From Monocercomonoides exilis PA203 (taxonomy: Eukaryota; Protista; Preaxostyla): 64,000 nucleotides of DNA. A model generated the notes under the pieces. That model did not search any database and was not told the DNA's origin. It saw only the letters and a list, made by a program, of their open reading frames with translations. Location: contig LSRY02000016.1 of the NCBI GenBank assembly GCA_001643675.2, positions 1,426,001 through 1,490,000 on the forward strand. Reading direction: 5' to 3'. Below are positions 35,301 through 45,981 of this stretch, in pieces (the first letter of the stretch is position 1; every line of letters starts with the position of its first letter). The position numbers and the translations under genes were made by a program.

Positions 35301-37234
35301 CTTGCTTCCACATTCAACGGTGATGCCAACATCAGAGGTGTAATGTTTGCTTGCCTCTGTTGTCGCATTGCTGGGCCGGTTCCCATGGAATTGGCTGTGT
35401 TTGGCGCATTGGCCATCCACACCCCGCTACCAACACCCATCATCCCCCCCATCGCAGCTCCTGCTGACGGAATTGCAGAAGCAGCATTCTTCTGTTGAGC
35501 CGCTGTTGTTAGCACTTGAGTCTTCACTTTCCTCAGCAGCGCCACCAGCTCCAGCACCGAAGGCCCCACTGCCCCTGCAACCGCATCATCACTCGACTGC
35601 AGCCAATGCAGCGAAAGAGGCACCCACTGCAGAAGATATCCCAGACACGCATCAATCAGCGTTGCTAGCTGTGCTTTGTCCAACACAGGGGCAAGCCCAC
35701 CTAATCCGGGAAGTGTGCTGGGGGCAGGAGCAGGAGTGGCAGCGAAAGAAGAGTAAGACGGTGTGTGCTGCTCGCTCAGCTGCTTATGCGCATTCATAAT
35801 TTGCAGCCCAACTTCATTCAGAAGCTGTGCCAATGCTATCTTCAGCACTGAAGACGTATCAGGAATAGATGTTGGTGCGAAGGATCCTACAGAAAATGGC
35901 CCAGCTGTCGGCGGAGATGTGGCAGAAGGAGACGTGCCTGTGAGTCCCACAGACGAAGACGCAGAAGCCATTGACATCTCAGAAGGAGCAGGGGTGTCGC
36001 ACGGGAAGCACATGATAAGAGAAAGCAGGTCAAGCGACTGGATAAGCTGCATCTTCACAAAAGCAGGTGAGTTGCGCTTAATCAGTAGGAGTAGCAGGCG
36101 CACCGCTTCCGCTCGCAGCTTTTCCCGCCCTTCGATGCCTGCAGCATTAGCTGTGGATGCTGCAGCAGCAGAAGCGGTAGATGCAGATGTTGATATCACT
36201 CCCAGTTTTTTCACAGAAAGCTCTCCGTCGCCTGCTCCTCCTGACCCATCCAGCGCAGACACGCTGCGGACGAGTGGGCAGACGAGCGTGGAGACGCCCT
36301 GAAGCGCCGCAAGCTTCGGGTTTCTGCCCAAAACTGGAGGGCATCCAAAGGCAGCTGCATTTGCGAGTGCCGAAGGAGATGGTGTAATGGAAGAAGGGGA
36401 AGAGACAGATTGTGCAGGAGGAGAAATAATTTGATAGATCAATCGCAGAAAGGAAGGGTTAACGAGCAGCGTAATTTCAATCCAGGCTGCATATTTCTCA
36501 ATTACCTCCAAAGTCAAAATTGCTAGATCAGTCCGTGTTTCCCAGTAGCCAGACATCATTTTTTCCCAGGTGCTTACAATAACATTCACACAATCGGCTT
36601 TCATAGCATCTTTGAAATCTCTTGCAAGATTAATAGTTGCTGAGTCTCTTTTTCCATCACCGCATATGACAAGTTCATCAACAGCAATCATAATATGGTT
36701 CAAAAGGCGAACTTGACCCTCACTACCTGTTACCGAACCAAACAAATCCCTAAATGCACTTCCCCATTCATTTGGATATTCAACTTTCACAACTATTGCA
36801 AAAAGTTGAGCAAATTTCTTTGTAATATATGGTGGTTCATTGTCTCCAACTTGAGAAACAAAAGAAATCATCCAAGCTCGAAATGATTGAAGTGCAGTTG
36901 CATCAAAGCCTGCATGAGCACGATCAATTAAATCACAGAGTCTTTGTATACACCAAAATCTCACTTGAAGAACTTGCGTTTTGGCAAATAATGAACAAAG
37001 TGTCTATAATGTGAAAATGAAAAACAAATATCATTTACAAATTTCATAGTAAAGTAAAAAAGTTGTGCAATGACATCTATATAATCAAAAATAATTTGCT
37101 TAACAAACTTGAAGACTAGATGGATTATTAGTTTGATTTACAGCAAATTGAAGCATTTGCATTTGTGTTTCACGACTTTGACGAAAGTCGTTTGCAGTAA
37201 TAATTGCATTTTCTATCTGATCCAAATCTGTCAT
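32305..37234 (-). CDS. XPOT: Exportin-T (tRNA export karyopherin, Los1/XPOT)-like, ~1546 aa, 3 exons (37234-37109, 37003-33268, 33083-32305)
   Basis: VRFWCIQ, PPYITKKFAQLF...EYPNEWGSAFRDL, FKDAMKADCV and KYAAWIEITLLVN match the exportin-T Xpo1 domain; LLGAPGIHN..VALRASFFL matches the C-terminal region. GT-AG introns 37108-37004 and 33267-33084 keep the frame. Confidence 0.8.
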
Positions 37235-40200
37235 TCGTTGATAAACAGAATATGCAAAAATAAAATAATCTGATCTGCGCGTAATATATTTTCATCCCAA
37301 TCATTTAGATGAAAACGGAATAATCAATGTTATCGTTATGAAAATAAACAGAAAGAATAAACAAACAAGAAAATATAATTTTAAAGAACAAATAAATGCA
37401 AATGATGGGTGCACAAAACAACAATTCAAATTGATTATGCTGAGAGATGTCATTTTCAAAATTCTTTGAAATGCTGAAATGTTTTGAATTTTGTATGAGA
37501 TGATAGAAATTGTTAAAAATATTGAAGAAGTCTTTACGGTTTGTTTTTTGCAATTAGTTATCAAAATAGATAAAAATAAATTATAATGAAAGCTATTTAT
37601 TGGGAAATTTTTAAATAATGTTTTTCAATTCAAATAATATATTCTTATGCATTATCTTTACGATGTCTAAAACATTTATGTTTTGTTTGTGCGATATAAT
37701 TTCGCAAGCTGAAAAATCATTCATTTAAAAAATTTTAAATTTCATTTGTAAAAAATGATAAAGCTTGTTTTCATTCATTTGAAAAATATATTTTAATATA
37801 ATTATTATATTTTTATTTATACATTTTCATTTTCATTTCTTTTTTTGTTATTCAAACAGAATTTGAAGCATCGAAATAATGTGAAAAAATAAAGTGATGA
37901 AATAAGAAATATCAGATAAAAAAGATAATCCACAGTTGGTTCAATCAATTCAATTTGACTTGATGGAATTGAACAAAGAATGGAGAACGATGTGTTATTA
38001 ACCTACACAATAACATTAATATCTGTGGTTGTTTCGCTCCACTTCTGATCAACAACCTTCCAGCAAGACTTTTCCTTCTTTTCAGCAGTTTTTGACCAAT
38101 TTTGATCTTTCACCATCACATTCTCATCATTTTCCGACGTGAGCCAAAACGCGTCCATCTTTGGATTTTCAAACTTTTTCAGCATTGTGAGAAGTATCTT
38201 TTTCTTTCAACAAACAGCATATTCAAAAATGGCAATTTGCAAGCCACAATCTCCATTGTGTTCTCTTTCCTTAAAGAAAACACCATTGCCAATGCAAGCA
38301 GTTACATCTTCTCATCAAAAACAAAAATCGCCTGAACAATCCGTAAAGAAAAGATATTTTTCTCTGAAAATATTTTCAGAGAAATAATTGGGCTTTATGC
38401 TGCTAGTTCTGTTGGGCGTTATGCTCATCAAAAAACAGCAAATATTCTTGGAATTTTGATTACTGAATCAATAACGATGTATTTAATCATTTCCATTGTG
38501 CTTTTTCCATTCTTCTTCCTCTTTTATTTCAATCCAATCACATCAATCAGAATTTTTCTTAAGTTTTTCACTCGTCATGAAAGATGAAGAAAAAAAAGAA
38601 ATTTTGGATGATGAAATTGATGTCAACAAAGATGAGAAACAGAAAGAAACTTACACTAAATACTGTGAACATCATGAATTATAGAGCATATGATTGGATC
38701 AAAATTCATTGCTCAAAAGAAAAATATTGTTCAAACAAGGAAGTGGTGAGAATTGTGCAATTATTGAATATTGTCACCAATTATGCGATGAATGCTTTTT
38801 ATGAAGGAAATAATCACATTATTCCCAAATAACACATTTCATTTTTTGAGAAAAGAACTATATGCAGCATCAGTTACATATTCTCTGTAGATGATACTGG
38901 AATTAAAGTGTTTCGTGAAATGCTAAAAAAATGCAAAAAAATATGACAGCTGAATTGACAAATTATTTGGCGAACGTTGAAAATGCCACTGGACACAGTT
39001 AGCTAATGAAAATGATGAATTTACAATTTGCATTGATGAAATTAGGAAGACGTGTGTGCTCTTAAAAAAGAAAAGAAAAGAAAAGAACACAATCACTCAT
39101 TACTGCATGCTTTGTTATTTCAATTAAGGATTCATAGAGCCAAAGACAAATATGGAGGAACAAATACTCAATATATGGAGACATCGCATTGAACAATTAA
39201 ACAAATTTAATGAAGAAAAGAAGAAATTTTCAATTGAAATATTCTGGTTGTGTTTGCGAAAAAGACACGCAAATAATGATATTGTGTTATTCAATCAAAT
39301 GACATTCACTTCAAAGGCGAAATCCATAATAATCTTCTGAAATTCCTTTTGAACAGAAGCAGACACTGATTGAATGTCTCATCGATGTGTTTCTCATTTC
39401 TTTTGAAGAAAAAACGAAATTAAAAATAGAGTTTCTACGCTTTTCATAATTCCATAGCACAGTCCAAGAAACTGGAAAACCTTACAAATAATATTGACAT
39501 TTTGGCTTTCTCCTTTTTTTCATTGAATTCTGGTCTTCTTTTTTTATGTGCAAAATATCCTTCCCTCGATATTGCCAGCCACTTTCCTTGTCCAAAAAAT
39601 ATCGCAAACTGCTCTCCCTGCCTTATGTTCCAAAATTCTATATAATTTTGTGCAGATTTTGTACTTCACAAAATTCCATCCTCTTTTGTCTTCATTCAAT
39701 AAAATATCAGCTGAATTTGTTTTCACCTCTTGTTCCAAATAAAAATCGTATATCTTGCGTAGCTTCATTTGTTTCCCAATGGCTATATAATAATCTGCTC
39801 CATTCTCATCGTGTTGCTCCACAAAGCGGAGATTGGCCATTTCAACAATAAGTCTGTTTCCTGCACTTTGGAAAAGATGCAGATGGAAATATCTTCACAA
39901 CATATAGAACAATATAAAATTACATTCATTACGTCTTTTTGTGTAATGAATAAAATTATTGCATTTTCTTGCCCATACAATTTCAAATATAAATCAGAAA
40001 GAATTTCAAAAACAATTCTTCCCATCATTGTATGTTGTCTCCACAGGAAATAATATTTCTAATTCTGCAGGACAGATTCGCACTCTGTTTTCTCTTTTTG
40101 TCAACTGGCATTCCAGTTCAAAAAAGAATAATTCGATCATTGTATCCATAACAATAAACCGAAAAGATTAAGCATTCCTTATCTTTGTAATTTCAAATCG

Positions 40201-40436
40201 AAAATGGAAACACAAGATGGAACGGTATCAACACATATATTTATAGGACCGTTTTGAGTTTTTATTTTCATCTTATTCTTCTGCAAAATATATATTCAAA
40301 ATCAATTTTTATTATTTTATGGTGTTGTTTTCTGAATGCGATGCAATTTAAAAAATGCAGGAGACGAACAACACAAAAAAGTTCACTGGTGTGCAATTGC
40401 AGTTGTATATAAATTCTTATTTATTGGATTTTTTTT

Positions 40437-41756
40437 TTGTTTTTAATTGAAGAATTATTAGACGAATTGGAAGATTGCAATGAGGATGAACAGAAGCAGT
40501 TAATACTTGAAATGAATTCGTTGATCGAAGAAATGAACATAGCAGAACTCATATCTGTTTTCAAAGCAGGTCTTTTAGATGCATTGGACAAAATGATTGA
40601 AGAAAGGAAAATAACTTTGAAAAATGCGCTTGTCTTGCTAAAGACTTTTGGATTTAGCAAGGAATTGAAACGTTTATGGGGTTTGAATGATAAAAAAACT
40701 TTGCTGAGCAAAAAAATTGAGAAGATGATAAAAGAAGAAATTGAGAAGAAAAAAGAAAAGAACGCAACGCTGCTGACTGATCTTTGTGAATGTTATATAA
40801 TGCTGCATGGGTATTTTGACTCCGGAGATGAATCAATTCCAATAATCATGTCTTGTCTTCTGAAAGCTGCTTCAAACAAAGAAGAAGAAAACGAAGCGGA
40901 GATGGCTTTGTTTGCTCTTTGTTCTTTTGACTGTTGTGTATGGGTTCTTTATTTCTTTTTTCATGTAATTATTTTTCTTCTTGTTGTGTTTAAAAAGTTT
41001 ATAAAACGAGAGCTGTATCTGAACGAAATCAAAGAAATTATTCAATACAATCAAATTCATAGCAATCTGACTCGTTTTGCTTATCAATTGGCTTGGAAGT
41101 TTTTAATTGACAGATTATATGAAGATGAGAAACTTGAAGAAGTGATTGTGAATGAGCTGTATTTTGTGAGAGAAGCAGCAAAAGAACTAGAAGAGCTACA
41201 AAAATGTGTAAATTGGAAGAGAAAAGAAGAGAAAAGAGGGGTGAAAGAAACGAAGGAAGTGCAGATAATTAAAAGATGGCTCCAAACATTGGAGACTTTT
41301 TTTCAATATTGCACATTGTGGAATAAAGAAAATATTAGGCTTATCGGTATTGTTGCTCAGATATTTCGAGCATCATGGAATGGTCACATAAAAATTGAAA
41401 GCTGGAGAATTTGTTTGCTCAGCGAAGCAGCAAAAAGTCGATGCGTGAAAGTTGAAGAGCTGTTGAAAGGCGGAGCAATTGATCTCTTTATAGTGGTGAT
41501 GAAGCTACCAACGTTGAATTGCAATGAAATAAATGAATATATGTCATTTTTTTATTCGATTTCAATACGATTGAAAGGAAATGAGAAAGAAGAAATAGAA
41601 AAAGTGAAAAGAAGAGAATTGAAAAAGAAAGTGTTTGAAAAGATGGAGGAAGAAGGATATGAAGATTTCATGAACGGGATGCGCTTTTGCTTCGCTGATG
41701 GAACATATTACTATCTGTTGGTTGATGAATATTCACATTATTTTGTATATCTATAG
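40437..41756 (+). CDS. Helical-repeat hypothetical protein, probably of a lineage-expanded family; likely short 5' exon near 40340-40390 and in-frame intron 40938-40997
   Basis: Long E/K-rich helical ORF (ELEDCNEDEQKQLI..., EMALFAL, ELYLNEIKEII, KVFEKMEEEGYED). It resembles a repetitive hypothetical family I recall from Monocercomonoides. Confidence 0.65.
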   Translation: MFLIEELLDELEDCNEDEQKQLILEMNSLIEEMNIAELISVFKAGLLDALDKMIEERKITLKNALVLLKTFGFSKELKRLWGLNDKKTLLSKKIEKMIKEEIEKKKEKNATLLTDLCECYIMLHGYFDSGDESIPIIMSCLLKAASNKEEENEAEMALFALCSFDCCVWVLYFFFHVIIFLLVVFKKFIKRELYLNEIKEIIQYNQIHSNLTRFAYQLAWKFLIDRLYEDEKLEEVIVNELYFVREAAKELEELQKCVNWKRKEEKRGVKETKEVQIIKRWLQTLETFFQYCTLWNKENIRLIGIVAQIFRASWNGHIKIESWRICLLSEAAKSRCVKVEELLKGGAIDLFIVVMKLPTLNCNEINEYMSFFYSISIRLKGNEKEEIEKVKRRELKKKVFEKMEEEGYEDFMNGMRFCFADGTYYYLLVDEYSHYFVYL

Positions 41757-42615
41757 ATTATCCCAACTCGAATTCATTTAGTATTCTTCCATCTCTTCTT
41801 TATTCATTTTTAAGCGGAGCATTCATTTTTGTGAACGTTGATAGATTTTTTCTATCTGATTGAAAACAGATAGAAGAATTCTTCTGCATATATGTATGCT
41901 CATTTTCTGCATCCTAATGTTTTGAGATAGCCGTATTTAAATAATCCGTTTTATTTAAGTGTTTATTGAAACAGTGGGAAAATAAAGCATATTCAACAAG
42001 CATTCATGATTGATAAGCTAAATAGACATTATTTAATCGAGAAAAATGTACACATTTGTGATGTTCAACATATTGTTTTTAGAACACCGCATCTTTTTTA
42101 TTGCAAGGAAGAAAACTTTTTTCTGTTCAATTAACCACTGTTCTGTTCCACTTTCAATTGTTAGCAAAAAAATTCAAAAATGGCATAACTTTTAACAGGA
42201 AAACACTGATTGAAGAAAATGAAAAAGAAAGTTTATTACAACGACATATACGGTGTTAATTTTTTGTTGAAGCAAAATTGGACATGAAGAGGAAAAAGAT
42301 ATGGAAAAAGAAATAATCATTTTCATTCAATCAACATCAGAATTCACTGTGTTAAAAAAAGAAAATTTTTGTAAAAGAATGCTCAATATATTCTTGTTAT
42401 CAAGCACGTTATGATAATGAAATCTGAAACTTTTTTTTTGCAAAATACATATTATTCATTCTTAAAAATCTTTATAAAAGTGAAAGATTAATAATAAAGG
42501 CCCTCAAACTTTTTTAACATAAAAATCTTATTTTTTTATACAATGAATGATGCCAAAATAATTAATGAAAAATTTATCCACTTTTTTTCAAAAACTTTCC
42601 CATAATAAAACTTTG

Positions 42616-43314
42616 ATGGCAAGCCAAAAACCTGTACGCTTTAAAGATAAGTTTTTGTTTGATGTTCGCAAGCAGCAATCAGAAAAACTTCTGTATTTTA
42701 GAATATATTTGTTTTTTTAACGCAATATTTTTCATTGGCAAATAGGAGAGAGCATCCTGATCGAATTCCAGTTATTGTTGAGAAACTGGAGAAAAGCACA
42801 TGCCCTGGTTTGCTTTATTGTAATCATCTTTTTCATTTTTATGCAATTCATTATTTTGTGGATTTTTTTATAAATTATTAATTATTCTATCGATATAAAA
42901 AATTTTTAGATATAGATAAAAAAAAGTTTTCCATATAAATTTTAAAAGCTGAAATGTATTTTTTATCTTAACTCAATAGGTTTTTGGTTCAAAAGGAAAT
43001 GATGATGGCACAATTTATTTATGTTATCAGAAGGAGGATTTCTGTGTGAGATTTTCATATTTAAATTGTGTATTTGTTTAAAAATGCAAAACTTTTTCGT
43101 GATTTGATATATATTGAACACTATGATTTGTGACTTGAAGCTTCGAGATGATCAATCTCTTTTTCTTTTTATAGACAATCGTCCTCCATCGATGTCTGCC
43201 CCATTGAGCTCTATATACGAGAAATTCAAAAAGAAACATAAAAAAGATGATGACGGATTTCTTTATGTTTTGTATACAGATCAAGAAACATTCGGAGAGA
43301 AAGATTTTGCTTAA
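42616..43314 (+). CDS. ATG8: Autophagy ubiquitin-like protein ATG8, 130 aa, 5 exons (42616-42692, 42746-42807, 42910-42925, 42980-43043, 43141-43314)
   Basis: Spliced product MASQKPVRFKDKFLFDVRKQQSEKLLREHPDRIPVIVEKLEKSTCPDIDKKKFLV...QFIYVIRRRI.L...QSLFLFI...DDDGFLYVLYTDQETFG-EKDFA. All four introns are GT-AG and frame-consistent. Confidence 0.95.
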
Positions 43315-43504
43315 TAAGTATTTTTTTACAACATTTTCATTTCAATTGTTGTCTATGTATCTTTTTTTTTGTATAGTTCTGCACTGTTTTATCAATCATC
43401 TTGTTTTTGATTCTCATTGATTGTTATTTTTGCATATTTGGTATTATCATCAATAATGTGAATGAGATCGTAAATCCCTTTACTAGTATAAGAAATAATT
43501 GTAA

Positions 43505-45734
43505 ATGATTTCTTTGTTTATTTTTTTGTTAGCACAGTGTAGTTTTTGCTTACCTTTTCTGAAACTGAAGCATCCATTCTTATCTGGTGGCGATGACGGA
43601 CTTGATATTTGGATACCTCGTGGTTCTGCTGTTGTGACTGATAAAGCAATAAAACTCACTCCTTTAATTGAAAGTCAAAAGGGGGCAATTTGGTCCTCGA
43701 TACCAAACACTTCACCAAATTGGGAAGCGAATTTCCAAATTGCCGTTTGTTCAAATTTTATGATTTATTTTCGTTGAATTTTTCAATTCTTTTTTGTAGA
43801 TTGGAGGTGGACAGAGAGGAGGTGCAGGTCTGAATTTATCTTAAATCACATTATCACATAATTGACTATAATTTTCTTTTCTTTCTTTGAAAACTTTATA
43901 TTTATTATAATTGTTGTTAAAGATGGTATGGCATTCTGGTATGTGAAGGAGCCACAAATTATTGGAGATGTTTATGGGAGCAAAGACCAATGGGAAGGAT
44001 TGGCAGTTATTTTTGACACATATGACAATGATCGTAAAGGGTTTGCAATTTTTATTTTATCGAAAATATGTAATGTGGAAATTTATAATTAATAAAAAAA
44101 AAGAAATAACCCTTATATTTTAGTATGCAATAAGCAGATTTTTTAAAAAAATGCATTAGCGGAATTTACGAATCCACCTTCTTTTTATTATTTTTTTTCC
44201 GATTGTGCGCATGTTATCCAGGCGATGGTTAATGATGGAACGAAGAAATATGATCACGACAACGATGGACTGACACAGCAGCTGGACGGATGCCAAACGG
44301 ATTTTCGAGTCAGTTCACCGCAAAACGACCGCCCGGTGCATGTCCGTGTGAGCTACCAGAACAACACGCTGTGGGTGCAGACGACGTCACAGATAAGAGG
44401 CAGGAGATATGGCGTGAGTGGGGATGATAAGAAGGATATGGTGCAGAAAGTGAATGTGGATGGGTCGGAGATGGCGCTCAACACGGTGGTGTATGTGAAG
44501 GATGTGGTGCTGCCAACAGGGTATTATTTCGGGTTCTCTGCAGCGACTGGTTTGAAGTTTTTGTTGTTTTTATTTTATTTTATTTTATTTATTTATTTAT
44601 TTATTTATTCATTTATTCATTTAATGTTTTATTATATTTTTAATTTTTCATATGATGTTTACATGAATGATGTTATTAATATTAATTATGACATTAAAAA
44701 ATGCCAATAACTTGTTCCTCTCAGGCGGTCTGTATGACTTCCACGATGTGAAAGACGTTGAGATCAGCAGCGAAGTGCATCCCTTCCCATCATCAGATAA
44801 CAATGTTAAATCAAACAACACACCACGCCAACAAAGTCAACAGAATCAACAGAATCAACAGGGAAATAATGTGCAATCATCACATCAACAGCCTCAGCAG
44901 TCACAGAATTCGCATCAGAACAGCCAGTCAGCACAAACACAAGCACAAGCACAAGCACAAAGTCAGCTTCAGTCACAAGCCAATAACCAACAGAATGGAA
45001 ATCGATCTCCTTTAGTGTCTGTGCTGGATTCGGTTTCATCTCATATGCACAACTTGGAAAAGACAATTTCTTCATTTTCTTCTTCCTCCTCTTCTTCCAC
45101 TTCCTCATCCTCTTCTTATTCCACTTCTCCTTCTCCTTCATCTCCCATAGCCACTACACAAGAGCTGGCAAACACGATTAATTCCGCAGTTCAGTCGTCG
45201 AAGGCTGCCGGCACAGCTTCGGCCGCCACTTTTGCCGGCAGTGTCCCATCATTCATAAGCAAAGGATTATCTTCAGTCATTTCTCAGGCTGAAAAGCCAA
45301 AGCCTCCTCAAATTCCGTCTAATCCTGCTAATCCTTCTTCTCATCTGCCACTTGACACAGCCTCTAACTCCATCTCTTCTCTCTCAAACGCACAGAAAAA
45401 ATCGCTTTCCTTTGCGCAAAGCCAGCTTTCGAGCACACTTGACACAAAATTATCAGAAAGATCACAACAGTTCGAACATAAAGTGAATCCTGTTTTTGAG
45501 AAACAGACACAAAATTTGCATCAGTTCTTTGTGGAAGAAGAGTCCACACAGAAGAACAAAGCAGCTGTTGCGAAGGAGACGCTTCTTGTGTCAATGGAAA
45601 AATGCAGGAAAGCCGGCAGACTCGGAATTTATGGGTTCCTGCTGGTTGGGGAACTTATTGTAGGACTTTTCATGTTGTTACATAATGCTAAAGGGAAGAA
45701 AAGGGTAGATGTTGCGGTTCCGTCTTTTGTTTGA
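43505..45734 (+). CDS. L-type lectin cargo receptor (ERGIC-53/VIP36/Emp47-like), multi-exon
   Basis: Signal peptide; IKLTPLIESQKGAIWS, DGMAFWY, GSKDQWEGLAVIFDTYDND, MVNDGTKKYDHDNDG, LPTGYYFGFSAATG/GLYDFHDV; Q/S-rich stalk; C-terminal TM and tail ending in FV. Confidence 0.9.
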
Positions 45735-45981
45735 AAGAATTCAGAAAATAAGTTTCTTTGAATATTGTGTAATTCTGTTTTAAAATCGAGTATCAATCAA
45801 TATACCTCGTTCTACAACTTTTTTTCAACTTGTCGTTTCTTCATCTTTCAGTAATGAACTTGCGTTCTTTTATTTATGTATTATCAATGATAAATAATGA
45901 TATTATTGTTACTTTTAATTTTTTTATTTTCATTTGACCAAAAGAATAAATTTAGGTTGAGATCTTAATAAACTGAAAAAA

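Noticed and set aside
38000-40200. Calling this region a hAT transposon
   Set aside because: Motif-like fragments are in the wrong order or strand, and no TIRs or 8-bp TSD were found. Kept only as a low-interest finding.
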